A stretch of 62,541 bases of DNA, from NCBI GenBank assembly GCA_048938445.1, contig JBHLME010000006.1, positions 1 to 62,541 on the forward strand, read 5' to 3'. Source of the stretch: Promethearchaeota archaeon. GTDB lineage: Archaea; Asgardarchaeota; Lokiarchaeia; Sigyniarchaeales; SOKP01. This document shows, piece after piece, positions 27,722 through 41,414 of this stretch (position 1 is the stretch's first letter; each line of letters opens with the position of its first letter). A program made the translations under genes and the position numbers. The notes below the pieces were generated by a model, which did no database searches, was not told where the DNA came from, and worked only from the letters and a program-made list of their open reading frames with translations.

Positions 27722-28702
27722 ATGTCAAGCATAGCAGAAGATATCAGAAAAAATATGATGCTCCTCTTGAAAAATGAGGAAGCTAAAACAGATCTAGAAG
27801 GTCTCTCGATGATTTCCCGCATTGGAATGAAAGTAGTATCATCTAATTCAATGGAATTGGATGCTGATGCAGTATCTGCTTCATGTACTGCTTTAATCGA
27901 TTTAGGTGTTCGACTTTCAGATGCAACCAATCATGGAATACTTAAAGAAATTATCCTTCATAATAAAGGAGGATATAGTATAGTTGTAGCTATTAATGAA
28001 GAATATATTATTTTTTGTGGTCTTAAAACGCAATATCGTATCGGATATTATTTAGGATATTTAAGAGACTTAGCATTAAAATTAAATATTTTGTTGTCTG
28101 GGAAAGAAATTACCCTGACATCCCTTGCTTTAGAAGAAGCAAAGACACAAGAGGTAGAAATAAAAAAAGAGGAGGAATCAGAAGTCTCTACTCCAATAAA
28201 ACCCTCCGTGGAACAAGATAAAGCTGCATTGGACGGGTTGTTGAATTTTCTTGATGATTGGGATGCTGAAGAAAAAGCATCAATGGGTGTAGTTGAAGTA
28301 TTTGAAGATATTGAAGCGGGAGGAAATATAGTTGGAATCCCTCAAAGTATTTCAACAAGGCTCCCAAAATCTACTGGGGGCGTAGGAATTCCAAAACAAG
28401 CACAACCAAAAACACAATTTCAAGTATTTGATGACGAAGTCCCTCCTATTCCTCTCGAAGATTATACTCCAATGGAAATTGAGGAAGAGGGTGAATCTGC
28501 TCAGAATATTCCCCCTCAATTCTCACATGCTCCTGGAGAATTACCCCCACTAGATGAATTACCTACTTTTGATCAATTAAACGTTCCTGATTTTGAATCT
28601 TTAGCAACCGATTCAGAATATAGTACTGATTTTGTTTTAAATGAAGAATCAACAGCTTTGGATTCTGCTCTTAAAGAATTAGGATGGCTAGAAGATGAAT
28701 AA
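27722..28702 (+). CDS. Roadblock/LC7 domain protein with long acidic C-terminal extension
   Basis: N-terminal ~125 aa roadblock pattern (ISRIG, AVSA..TAL, G.LKEIIL..KGGY); E/P/D-rich tail. Confidence 0.78.
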   Translation: MSSIAEDIRKNMMLLLKNEEAKTDLEGLSMISRIGMKVVSSNSMELDADAVSASCTALIDLGVRLSDATNHGILKEIILHNKGGYSIVVAINEEYIIFCGLKTQYRIGYYLGYLRDLALKLNILLSGKEITLTSLALEEAKTQEVEIKKEEESEVSTPIKPSVEQDKAALDGLLNFLDDWDAEEKASMGVVEVFEDIEAGGNIVGIPQSISTRLPKSTGGVGIPKQAQPKTQFQVFDDEVPPIPLEDYTPMEIEEEGESAQNIPPQFSHAPGELPPLDELPTFDQLNVPDFESLATDSEYSTDFVLNEESTALDSALKELGWLEDE

Positions 28703-28784
28703 AATATTTCTCCTATTATCAATATCATCATAATAAAAATTCTTTTAAAATAACTTCTAATTATATTTTTAATTATTTATATTG

Positions 28785-30146
28785 ATGAGTATTTTTGATA
28801 AAATTCTTGAAATATATCAAGATTATTATATATGTCATAGTTGCCTAGGACGAATGTTTGCACTTCTAGGCACGTATACAACAAATATTGAAAGAGGATA
28901 TTCATTACTTTTATCTCTTACATTAGAAAACCATAAAAAATACTTGTCTAGTGATAATAGTAGTCAAATTGAAGGATTAAAGAATTTAAAAATACTCTCC
29001 GAAAAAATTAGGTTTATTCCCGCAAGAAAAGTTTTAGAAAATGAAGGTATCAGTTATATCAACGAATTTGATGAGCTTAATTGTTATTTATGTAATGATA
29101 TTTTTGATAATATTGATAAATATGTTGATAAAGGTTTGAAAATCCTATCTAGAGTTGAATTTGATAATTTCTTAATTGGTACTAGTCCAGATCCTAATAT
29201 AATAAATAAAGAAGATAAATTCAAATCAGAATTTACACTTTTAGAATCGGAATCATTTAAAAGCCATTTTAATAGGGTAATTGGTAAAGATTTATCAATT
29301 AAATTAAGTAAAAAACCAGAATTTAATAATCCTGAAGCAACCCTTATTTATTCTATTGGTTATGAAAAATGTGAAATAGAATTGAAATTAAAACCACTTT
29401 TTATATATGGAAGATATAATAAGTTGATAAGAGGCATTCCACAAACACATTGGGATTGTAGAATTTGTAAGGGTTTAGGATGTGATCAATGTAACCAAAC
29501 AGGAAAACAATATTTAACAAGTGTAGAAGAATTAATTAGTCCTTTATTTGTTATTCAAGCTAAAGCAACAATTTCAAAATTTCATGGTGCTGGACGAGAA
29601 GATATAGACGTGAAGATGTTAGGAAATGGGAGACCATTCATTCTTGAAATAAAGGATCCTCAATTCAGAGCTTTAGATCTAATTCATCTTGAAAAAAAAA
29701 TTAATAAAAAAGTGAAGAACAAGATAAAAATAAGTAATTTACGCTATACTGACAAAAATGAAGTCATTAGAATTAAAGAAAATGCAGAAAATACTAGAAA
29801 ATTATATAGAGCAATATGTAAAATAAATCAAAAAATATCTAAGGATGTTTTTCAAAAAAAAATTAATAAATTATATGATAAAATTGAAAATAAAACCATT
29901 AAACAAAAAACTCCCCTAAGAGTATCTCATCGTCGAGCTGATAAAGAAAGGGAGAAAAAAGTATATAATATTAAAAGTAAATTTATAAAACCAAATTTAT
30001 TTGAATTTCAAATCGATGTTCAAGGAGGGACATATGTGAAAGAATTAATCCATGGGGATGAGGGTCGAACAACTCCTTCTTTTGCAGAGATTTTTGAAAT
30101 GCCAATGATATGCAAAGAATTAGATGTAATGGAAATTCTCCAATAG
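28785..30146 (+). CDS. pus10: tRNA pseudouridine(54/55) synthase Pus10
   Basis: CHSCLGR, GRYNK..RGIPQT, FHGAGREDIDV, QKTPLRV.HRR, GGTYVKE. Confidence 0.96.
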   Translation: MSIFDKILEIYQDYYICHSCLGRMFALLGTYTTNIERGYSLLLSLTLENHKKYLSSDNSSQIEGLKNLKILSEKIRFIPARKVLENEGISYINEFDELNCYLCNDIFDNIDKYVDKGLKILSRVEFDNFLIGTSPDPNIINKEDKFKSEFTLLESESFKSHFNRVIGKDLSIKLSKKPEFNNPEATLIYSIGYEKCEIELKLKPLFIYGRYNKLIRGIPQTHWDCRICKGLGCDQCNQTGKQYLTSVEELISPLFVIQAKATISKFHGAGREDIDVKMLGNGRPFILEIKDPQFRALDLIHLEKKINKKVKNKIKISNLRYTDKNEVIRIKENAENTRKLYRAICKINQKISKDVFQKKINKLYDKIENKTIKQKTPLRVSHRRADKEREKKVYNIKSKFIKPNLFEFQIDVQGGTYVKELIHGDEGRTTPSFAEIFEMPMICKELDVMEILQ

Positions 30147-30244
30147 TAAAAAAAATTGATAAAATTGATAAATTATAATTCATTGAACTAATTTACTAAC
30201 TATATATTTTATAATATTAATTTTACAGCTTTAAGGTGTACAAA

Positions 30245-30556
30245 ATGACACTTCATAAAGGATATCGTAACAAAACGCGAAAACGTCATAGGAAAAATTG
30301 TAGAGCAAAGGGACTTAGTTCTATTGAAAAATACATGATAGACTATGATATCAATTCAAAAGTAGATATAATAACCGATTCCTCAACACATAAAAGAGGA
30401 ATGCCTCATCGAAGATATCATGGACGGACTGGGACAGTTATTGGATCTCGTGGTAGATGTTATTTAGTTGAAATAAAACTAGGTAACTCAAAAAAAACTT
30501 TAATCATCGGTAAAGAACATTTAAGGCTAAATCATGATTATATTAATAAAATTTAA
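30245..30556 (+). CDS. rpl21e: 50S ribosomal protein L21e
   Basis: GYRNKTR, GMPHRRYHGRTG, EHLR; AGGTG RBS before ATG 30245. Confidence 0.95.
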   Translation: MTLHKGYRNKTRKRHRKNCRAKGLSSIEKYMIDYDINSKVDIITDSSTHKRGMPHRRYHGRTGTVIGSRGRCYLVEIKLGNSKKTLIIGKEHLRLNHDYINKI

Positions 30557-30568
30557 TGAGAAAAAAAA

Positions 30569-30934
30569 ATGTCTGGAAGAAAAATTGATGAAAGGTTAGT
30601 ATCCATACCTGAAGTTAAACAAATAATGGAATCTGTTAAAGAAAAAGTTTTTGAAATAGATTCAGAAGAAGGAATGACACATTTTCAAGAAATTACTTAT
30701 AATTATGTTAATAAGTATGCTAAAATGTCTCTTGAAAAAGCACATAAAGTCCAGAAGCATTTATCAAAAAAATATGGTCTAGAAGATCTCTACATTATTA
30801 ATATCATCAATATTGACCCTAAGACGATCCCAGAATTACGAGTAATATTGGAAAAGTCATTTAAAGGAAAAGCTTTAGATGATGATCAATTAAAAGAATT
30901 GCTGTATGAAATTGAAGAAATAAAATCGTCATGA
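30569..30934 (+). CDS. rpoF: RNA polymerase subunit F (Rpo4)
   Basis: VSIPEVK, YVNKYAK, INIDPKT..ELRVIL; conserved position after rpl21e. Confidence 0.88.
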   Translation: MSGRKIDERLVSIPEVKQIMESVKEKVFEIDSEEGMTHFQEITYNYVNKYAKMSLEKAHKVQKHLSKKYGLEDLYIINIINIDPKTIPELRVILEKSFKGKALDDDQLKELLYEIEEIKSS

Positions 30935-31100
30935 TAATACTTGTGATGTAAAAAACAATAGAAATTCTTATAATCTAAATATTTTACACCGAAGAGTTTA
31001 TATAGACGTGACTGCTTTAATTTTAATGAAAGTTCATATTTAATGAGAAGTTATAATATATTCTTAATAATGGTTATTACAAAAATTGGAATAAAAAAGA

Positions 31101-31763
31101 ATGGTTGGAATGGAAAGAAGATATCAAGATCGATACAGAAAGCCTCCTCGCAGAAGGCCATATCAAGACAAGGGTCCTCGAAAAAAAAAGCAATTTATAA
31201 AAAAACATCGAGAACTTATAATCTTAGATATCTTACTCCATGGCCATCCTGAAGAAAATAAACCAAGTTGGTTAAAAGTACCATTAGCACAAGTAATTAC
31301 TTTTCCTGATTTTGTTCTATATGAAGTAAAAATAAATAAGGACTCAGATATTAAAGTTCAAGAGCGGGGGATTTATGAAAAATTCCTAAATGAGCATAAA
31401 TTAGGAGATGTTCTTAAAAAAATTGATTATGAGGAATTAACTCCAACTGCAAAAGCGTTGATTCAACCAATTCTTGAAAAAGAAGTAGTCAATTTTGAAG
31501 AGCAATTCATAAATTTCTTCAATAATTCCACATCAATCACGCCTCGAATGCATGCTCTAAAATTATTGCCAGGGATTGGACAAAAGCATATGTGGGAAAT
31601 AATAGAAGCTAGAGAGAGGCAAAAATTCGTAACCTTTAAAGACATTTCTGATAGAACAAGTGTATCACATCCTGAAAGACAATTGGCTCTAAGAATAATT
31701 AAAGAACTCCAAAGAGAAGGCGTGAAATATTATCTCTTTTCTAAGACAAAAGCATATGAATAA
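31101..31763 (+). CDS. DUF655 putative RNA-binding protein
   Basis: ILDIL.HG, FFNNS..IT.RMH.L.LLPGIG (HhH); conserved operon position. Confidence 0.9.
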   Translation: MVGMERRYQDRYRKPPRRRPYQDKGPRKKKQFIKKHRELIILDILLHGHPEENKPSWLKVPLAQVITFPDFVLYEVKINKDSDIKVQERGIYEKFLNEHKLGDVLKKIDYEELTPTAKALIQPILEKEVVNFEEQFINFFNNSTSITPRMHALKLLPGIGQKHMWEIIEARERQKFVTFKDISDRTSVSHPERQLALRIIKELQREGVKYYLFSKTKAYE

Positions 31764-31768
31764 AACCA

Positions 31769-32617
31769 ATGATAAAAAGAGAGATACAGCAAATTTTAAA
31801 ACAATTAAATATAACACCAAAAAAGAGCAAAGGGCAAAATTTTTTAATAGACAGCAATATTAAAAAAAAGATCATAGCTTTATCAGATATTTCTGAAAGA
31901 GATATTATTTTGGAAATTGGTTCTGGTTTAGGGGCTCTTACAAGTGAATTAATTAAAAGAGCTAAAAAAGTAATTTCCGTTGAAATTGAACCTAAATTTT
32001 GTGAGTTTCTTTCTCATGAATTTTCAGACAATGATAATCTTGAAATAATTAATGGAGATATATTAAAAATCGATATACCTATTCACGATAAAGTCGTTGC
32101 TAACACGCCTTACACGATTACGGGACCATTGTTAGAAAGAATTTTTTTTAAAAAAAATCCCCCTCAAGGAATCTTAACAATTGAAGAGAGTCTTGCTAAA
32201 CGTATATTTAATGTAGAAAATTACAGAATGCTCTCGAGAATTAATATTGGAGTAAATAGTTTCATGAGCCCCGAACAATTTATTAATATATCACCTAATT
32301 GTTTTTATCCTGTTCCAAAGATTAAACTTGCTTTAATAAAAATATCACCAAAAAATAATATCAATTCTTTTTTATTAGAACAAGAATCAAGAGAATTTTA
32401 CTTAAGGTTCATTGCCGGAATAATGCCATATAAAAATAAAAATATAGCAAATGCTTTAGATTTATTTCTTAATAAAACTGAGAAAATTAATTACTCACGT
32501 GCTAGTATAATGCAAATCCTAAAAGATAATAAATTTGAGAATGATAAGACATTTACATTCACTATCGATAAGATTTTAGAAATATGTAAGTTATTTTATT
32601 TTCTTAAAAAGAAATAA
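31769..32617 (+). CDS. rsmA: 16S rRNA dimethyladenosine transferase RsmA/KsgA
   Basis: GQNFLID, LEIGSGLG.LT, ANTPY, FYPVPK. Confidence 0.95.
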   Translation: MIKREIQQILKQLNITPKKSKGQNFLIDSNIKKKIIALSDISERDIILEIGSGLGALTSELIKRAKKVISVEIEPKFCEFLSHEFSDNDNLEIINGDILKIDIPIHDKVVANTPYTITGPLLERIFFKKNPPQGILTIEESLAKRIFNVENYRMLSRINIGVNSFMSPEQFINISPNCFYPVPKIKLALIKISPKNNINSFLLEQESREFYLRFIAGIMPYKNKNIANALDLFLNKTEKINYSRASIMQILKDNKFENDKTFTFTIDKILEICKLFYFLKKK

Positions 32618-32627
32618 TATAATTTAG

Positions 32628-33329
32628 GTGATTTTTATTAATTTACCACCAGATCCAATAATAAATTGTTCATTTAAGAATATTTATACTCCTTCAGATG
32701 ATAGTTATTTAATAATTGATTATTTGAAAAAAAATATTACACGAGATTATTTTGATGGAATAAAGCTCCGCCTGGTGAAGAAGATTTTGGATTTAGGTAC
32801 GGGAACGGGTATCATTGCCCTATTCCTTTTAAATTTGCAAGCATATTATGCAAATTTTAAAGCAAAAATCTATGCTTCTGACATATTAGAAGAAGCGATA
32901 CAATGTGCTAAATCAAATGAAAAATTAAATAATTTTAAAGGAAAAATTAAATTTATACATTCAAATTTATTTAAATCTTTTCCAGATAACTTAAAACATT
33001 CTTTTGACTTAATCATTTTTAATCCACCTTATCTTCCATCATCAGATTTGATAGATAAATCAGTTACTAAAAAAAAAATTGATTATAGTTGGAATGGTGG
33101 TAAGTCAGGAAACCAAGTCTTCTTAGACTTTCTTGAAAATGTAAAAGTATATCTTAATTTTAATTTAAAAGATAAATGTTATATATACTATATTTGCTCT
33201 AGTAGAACTGATTTAGATAATTTAAAGAGTAAAATATACAAAAAAGGATTTAAAAACGAAATTTTGGATAAAAAACATGTTTTTTTTGAAGATATATTTC
33301 TAAATAGGATTGAAATTAAGGAGCGCTAA
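32628..33329 (+). CDS. HemK2/N6AMT1-like glutamine methyltransferase
   Basis: IYTPSDDSYL, LDLGTGTG, FNPPY, WNGG. Confidence 0.88.
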   Translation: MIFINLPPDPIINCSFKNIYTPSDDSYLIIDYLKKNITRDYFDGIKLRLVKKILDLGTGTGIIALFLLNLQAYYANFKAKIYASDILEEAIQCAKSNEKLNNFKGKIKFIHSNLFKSFPDNLKHSFDLIIFNPPYLPSSDLIDKSVTKKKIDYSWNGGKSGNQVFLDFLENVKVYLNFNLKDKCYIYYICSSRTDLDNLKSKIYKKGFKNEILDKKHVFFEDIFLNRIEIKER

Positions 33330-34597
33330 AAGGGCCTCCTATCCCTGCGTTTTTCTATTAATTTAAATCCATTTTTATTTAAATTTCTTATCAAATTTTT
33401 ATATAAGAGGTTTAATTCGTGTGGTTTAAATACAGCTCTTCTATGAGCTTCAATTTGAGGAATTGGGAGACCATAATGATCATTTAAGCTTGAGATGGGA
33501 TGCAATATTGAGGAGATCAGATCTGCTCTGCTAGAAGCTTCATCAAATGGAGTATTTTCGTCAACAAAAAATTCAATTCTACATGGTATATCATGTTTAG
33601 CTGTTTTTAAATAAAAAGCATAAAAATCAAGTGGAAAATAGTAAGGGATTTCTTTTTTAATTCCATCATCTCGAATTTTTTCAATTTCACGTTTACAATT
33701 AAAAATGCAACTTCTTTCTGATTTATTCAATACTCTATTAAATAAATCTAAATCTGAAAAATATTCTACTACCCTTCGATAATTAATGTTAATAAAATCA
33801 TTTAGATGTTTATGGTTTGGTTTTAATAATTGAATTGAATCCCTTAATAAATTAGTTAAAGCTGCAGTTCTTGTATCTTTAATTGAACCAATTAATATTA
33901 TATTTTTCTTTTGGCAATTTAAATATAATTTGTGGTATTCTTGTAATAAAATATCATAATTCTTCGAAATTTCAGGATCTTTTGAAAAGAGGAGGTTAAT
34001 TGGCATGATTACTATAGATCCATCAATTATAATCAAGTCAATATCTGAATGTTCCTTAATTAACGTGTTTAATAAATTGATTTCCATATAATTCATATCT
34101 ATTGTTGTTTTGGCCTCAATAGCATTCTCTTCTTGGTTTAAGTAATTTCCTCGAATATAGAAATTATTATTTCCGCTTAAATCTGGAAAAAAAGTAATTT
34201 TTGCGTCATTATTTCTATAGAAATGATATTTAGTAGCTATAACTTTAAGAAAAGAAAAATCAACATTCATGAATTTTTTAATAACAGAACTTCCATCAAC
34301 ACACACAACATTTAATCCATCAATATTGGAAATACTCACTGATTTTTTCAAGTATTTTTCTTTCATGTAAAATTTAGGATAGGGGATAAATTCGGAAAAA
34401 TCTAAACTTTCCAAGTTATTTATAATAGCATTTATAAAATAATGCTTTAACTTTTCAACTTCGGCATATTCTAAAGCTATATTTTTTAACTCGGATAAGA
34501 GTAATTGTTCTTTAGTTATACCTTCTTTTTTTTGTTCATGTTTATCTTTAGTATAAGAATCTTTCTTTCCATTCCTAAAAGAATTACTCTCAATCAT
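33326..34597 (-). CDS. nurA: NurA 5'-3' nuclease
   Basis: VDGS, IIDGS, GSIKDT, RIEF, YGLP.P..EAH. Confidence 0.85.
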   Translation of the reverse strand: MIESNSFRNGKKDSYTKDKHEQKKEGITKEQLLLSELKNIALEYAEVEKLKHYFINAIINNLESLDFSEFIPYPKFYMKEKYLKKSVSISNIDGLNVVCVDGSSVIKKFMNVDFSFLKVIATKYHFYRNNDAKITFFPDLSGNNNFYIRGNYLNQEENAIEAKTTIDMNYMEINLLNTLIKEHSDIDLIIIDGSIVIMPINLLFSKDPEISKNYDILLQEYHKLYLNCQKKNIILIGSIKDTRTAALTNLLRDSIQLLKPNHKHLNDFININYRRVVEYFSDLDLFNRVLNKSERSCIFNCKREIEKIRDDGIKKEIPYYFPLDFYAFYLKTAKHDIPCRIEFFVDENTPFDEASSRADLISSILHPISSLNDHYGLPIPQIEAHRRAVFKPHELNLLYKNLIRNLNKNGFKLIEKRRDRRPF

Positions 34598-34786
34598 TCT
34601 TATCCTAAATAAAATAAAAATATCTCTTAATTATGATGAGATATTAAATTTATTGATTTATGAATAAAAATTTGAATTAGTTTATAGATATAAATAAATA
34701 AGATCAAGTACCATTATCTTTTATCAAATCAGAAGTTATTTTACGTTTAATAAAATTTTAAATTTTCTCTTGATAATTGATAAAAG

Positions 34787-35329
34787 ATGGTACACAATCT
34801 AAATTATGATTATACTTTTAAAGTTATGATGCTTGGTGATGCATCTGTAGGTAAAACATCATTAACGATTAGATATATTTCTGGAAATTTCATGGAAGAT
34901 TTAAAATTAACCATAGGTGTAGATTTTTATTCTAAAATCATACAGTTTAAAGGTAAAAAAGTAAAACTACAAATTTGGGATTTTGGTGGAGAGGAACGTT
35001 TCAGATTTCTCCTTTCACAATATGTAAAAGGCGCTAATGGAGCTTTATTCCTCTATGACATCACGAATAAAGAATCTCTCGATCACCTTCCAGATTGGAC
35101 TCAGATAATTCGTGAACATGCTGGTCAAATTCCAATAGCTTTAATAGGATCTAAATGTGATTTGGAGGAATATAGAATCGTTCAAATAGAAGATGGTAAT
35201 AACGCTATACAAAAATATAATCTTGATGGATTCTTGGAATTATCTTCAAAAACAGGAGAAAATGTGGAAGAAGCTTTTAATTTGATTACTGCTGTTCTTT
35301 TCAAAAAGTATGTTCCTGAAATTTTATAA
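34787..35329 (+). CDS. Rab-like small GTPase
   Basis: GDASVGKT, TIGVDF, WDFGGEERF, SKCD, ELSSKTG. Confidence 0.93.
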   Translation: MVHNLNYDYTFKVMMLGDASVGKTSLTIRYISGNFMEDLKLTIGVDFYSKIIQFKGKKVKLQIWDFGGEERFRFLLSQYVKGANGALFLYDITNKESLDHLPDWTQIIREHAGQIPIALIGSKCDLEEYRIVQIEDGNNAIQKYNLDGFLELSSKTGENVEEAFNLITAVLFKKYVPEIL

Positions 35330-35384
35330 TTGAAACATTAGTAGATTAGGAATTCTACTGCTAAGATTAAAAATTTCATTTCTT

Positions 35385-36350
35385 ATGATGATTATGTGTC
35401 CAGATATTATTTGCTTGGGTGAATTACTTGTTGAAATAATGCGCACTGAACATGATACTCCCCATGGAAGTATTGGCAACCTATATCGAGGTCCATATCC
35501 GAGTGGAGCTCCAGCAATCTTCATCAATTCTGCTGCTAGAATGGGTAAGCCTTTTAATATAAGCACGGGGTTTATTGGTGTAGTTGGAAATGATGAATTT
35601 GGAAAGTGCATTACTAAAAAATTAGAACTTGATGGAACAGATATTTCAAAAATTCAGATTAATTCTGAAAAGACAACAGGGATTGCTTTTAACCAATACA
35701 ATTCAGATGGTTCTCGTAAATTTATATTTGCTCCAGGAGCTGCTGGAGAAACATCTCCAGATGACATTCAAGACGTTTACTTTAGAGATATAAAATCTCT
35801 TCATATCATGGGAAGCGCACTTTCTATTAGTGAAAGCTCAAAAGAAGCATGTTACAAAGCAATTAAAGTCGCTCAAAATGCTAACCCTGACGTTATTATT
35901 TCATTTGATCCCAATTTAAGGCCACAAATGTTAGATATAGAGCAAATTTTAAAAATTTGTGATCCTATCTTAAAAACAACAAAGATTTTGTTCCCTAGTG
36001 GTGAAGAAGCAGAATTAATTGCTGGAGTAAATGAAGAAAAAAATGCCTGCCAAATGTTATTAGATAATGGAATAAAAATTGTAATATTAAAAAGAGGAAA
36101 AAATGGTTGTACATTTTTTTCTCAAGAATATTATATGGGAATTAATGTTCCTGGATTTAAAATCAATGAAATTGATCCAACTGGTGCAGGAGATTCTTTC
36201 GATGGGGCTTTTATTGTTGGGTATTTAAATGGATGGGATTTAAGGATGTGTTCACGTTTTGCTAATGCAGTGGGTGCATTAAAAGTACAACATTTTGGCC
36301 CTATGACAGATGATACCTATGATAATGTAATGAAATTAATAGTTGGTTGA
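35385..36350 (+). CDS. PfkB-family sugar kinase
   Basis: GE.LVE, GPYPSGAPAIF, FDPNLR, DPTGAGDSF. Confidence 0.93.
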   Translation: MMIMCPDIICLGELLVEIMRTEHDTPHGSIGNLYRGPYPSGAPAIFINSAARMGKPFNISTGFIGVVGNDEFGKCITKKLELDGTDISKIQINSEKTTGIAFNQYNSDGSRKFIFAPGAAGETSPDDIQDVYFRDIKSLHIMGSALSISESSKEACYKAIKVAQNANPDVIISFDPNLRPQMLDIEQILKICDPILKTTKILFPSGEEAELIAGVNEEKNACQMLLDNGIKIVILKRGKNGCTFFSQEYYMGINVPGFKINEIDPTGAGDSFDGAFIVGYLNGWDLRMCSRFANAVGALKVQHFGPMTDDTYDNVMKLIVG

Positions 36351-36396
36351 AGCATTATACATTCTGATATTTTTAAGGTAAGTTTAAATAATTGAA

Positions 36397-36435
36397 TTTA
36401 CTATTGTAAAGTAAAGTAAAGAAAAGTAAAGTAAA
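36397..36435 (+). repeat. TTTAC-N4-GTAAA dyad followed by six tandem GTAAA pentamers (one GAAAA)
   Basis: Seen directly upstream of the 36509 HTH gene. Confidence 0.6.
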
Positions 36436-36508
36436 AAAGTTAGAAATTAAGATATATCTTAGGTTCTTTCAAATTTCTAGCCTTTTTTTTATTAAATATA
36501 TTAGGAGA

Positions 36509-38197
36509 ATGTCAAAAAAAGTAAAAATAAAGAATTTGCTCCAAACAACAAACCTTTCTTATTCGGAGATCGGGAAGAAATTAAATTGTTCTAAACAATA
36601 TGTCAGTCAGATTGCTAAAGAGTTTGGACTGGCGAGATATAAACGAAAACAAATAATTTATCAATTTCAAGAAATTAATTCTGAATCAAAAATATCCGAA
36701 AAAATGATGAATGAAAGGTTATATCAACCAGATTTTAGTAGCATTTTTGGTAAAAAGTATAGTAATGCTTTTCTTTATGCTCAAGTTGATTCTCTAGTAT
36801 GGCCTATTTTTTTAGACATCAAACCTTCTGATAAATTAAAAAGACTAATAAGACTGGAAAATAATGATAAGCAAAAATACTTTTATTGTAGGAAAATTTC
36901 TACTAATGACGAAAAAGTCGAACTAAATTGTTCTAATATCAATATAGCGTTGATTCAAGCAATGGAATTGGGGAGAGAATATGGAATTGCAAATACAGAT
37001 GTCATTAATGCTATTGAAAAATCACCTGATACCTTTAGGGCAATTTTATCTTATGATCTTTCTAATTCTTCTAACCAAACAGATATATTACTTGATCTAA
37101 AAAATTTTGAGAAAGAAATTTCTATTGCAGGTGTTTCAATATATCCTTCATATACTGAGCTTGATTTGAGCAATAGAAACAATATTCTTATGAATAAATT
37201 TTTATCTTATTGTAAAAAAAAAGATATATTCATCAAGATTGATATTGGGAATATGTTCATTCCAGAAAATTACCCTGAATATACATCACCTGAAAAAATC
37301 AAGACGTTTCTCTCACATTATCCTGATAATATTTTTGTATTAAGTGGATTAGATATAACAGGTGATTTTCTCTCACTCTATTCATTATTAAAGTATTTCA
37401 ATAATCTGTGGTTTGAAATTGATCCAAGATCCTTTGGAGGAATGACTCCAACTGATTGCTTTAAACAAATATTTGGCATTAAGGGTTTTGTTCAAAATTG
37501 TTGGAATCGATTATTGATTGGGAGTGCAACACCCACATTAGAGATTTCTCAAACAATGAGAGGTTTTTTAGAAGCTACAGAAATATTACCCTCATCTCAA
37601 AAATGCATTTTAAGAACATGGGCTTTTCGAAATGTAAATAGATTAAATCAAAAAGCATTCATCCCGTTTGAGAAATCTGATTTAACTCTTTTTAATACTA
37701 TACTTAACATTGAAGAAATTCAGAATACTGAAAATAGTAATGAAATAAATATCACATACAAATTACAACTTCGGAGTTATAGCATTACTCAGCTACTATA
37801 TTTGACTGATACAACCAATGATTTGCTTGAAAAAACTTTAAAAGCTTACCCAGACTTTTCTAATGGAGAATTATTCATGAGGACTTATCATACCACGACT
37901 ACTTTAATCATTAATGAACATGAACATGGAAATTATCTTGACCTCCATTATAAATTTGCAGAGCTTTCAATGCAAGACAACTCCGATTTTTTACACACGG
38001 TAATGGCAATGGAAAAAAGGGCAGATTTCAATCACTATGATCATGAATTAGCCTGTACTTATGGGAGCAGGCAAATCATCATTCCTATTATCAATGGATC
38101 TTTAGAAAAAGGTGGTCGAGAGGATTTTTACATCCTTGTTACTTTTGGTCCAAGAACTTTTCAAATTCTCATCAAGTTCAAGTTATACAAGGAATAA
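36509..38197 (+). CDS. HTH + degenerate amidohydrolase-like barrel + YjbQ/UPF0047 fusion
   Basis: LSYSEIGKKLNCSKQYVSQI HTH; LLIGSATP (GSDxP-like); HTTTTLIINEHE...FGPR YjbQ-like. Confidence 0.68.
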   Translation: MSKKVKIKNLLQTTNLSYSEIGKKLNCSKQYVSQIAKEFGLARYKRKQIIYQFQEINSESKISEKMMNERLYQPDFSSIFGKKYSNAFLYAQVDSLVWPIFLDIKPSDKLKRLIRLENNDKQKYFYCRKISTNDEKVELNCSNINIALIQAMELGREYGIANTDVINAIEKSPDTFRAILSYDLSNSSNQTDILLDLKNFEKEISIAGVSIYPSYTELDLSNRNNILMNKFLSYCKKKDIFIKIDIGNMFIPENYPEYTSPEKIKTFLSHYPDNIFVLSGLDITGDFLSLYSLLKYFNNLWFEIDPRSFGGMTPTDCFKQIFGIKGFVQNCWNRLLIGSATPTLEISQTMRGFLEATEILPSSQKCILRTWAFRNVNRLNQKAFIPFEKSDLTLFNTILNIEEIQNTENSNEINITYKLQLRSYSITQLLYLTDTTNDLLEKTLKAYPDFSNGELFMRTYHTTTTLIINEHEHGNYLDLHYKFAELSMQDNSDFLHTVMAMEKRADFNHYDHELACTYGSRQIIIPIINGSLEKGGREDFYILVTFGPRTFQILIKFKLYKE

Positions 38198-38217
38198 TCT
38201 TAAAGTAAAAAGTTCAT

Positions 38218-41394
<3,177 letters not shown>

Positions 41395-41414
41395 TCAATT
41401 GGTAACTATATTAA

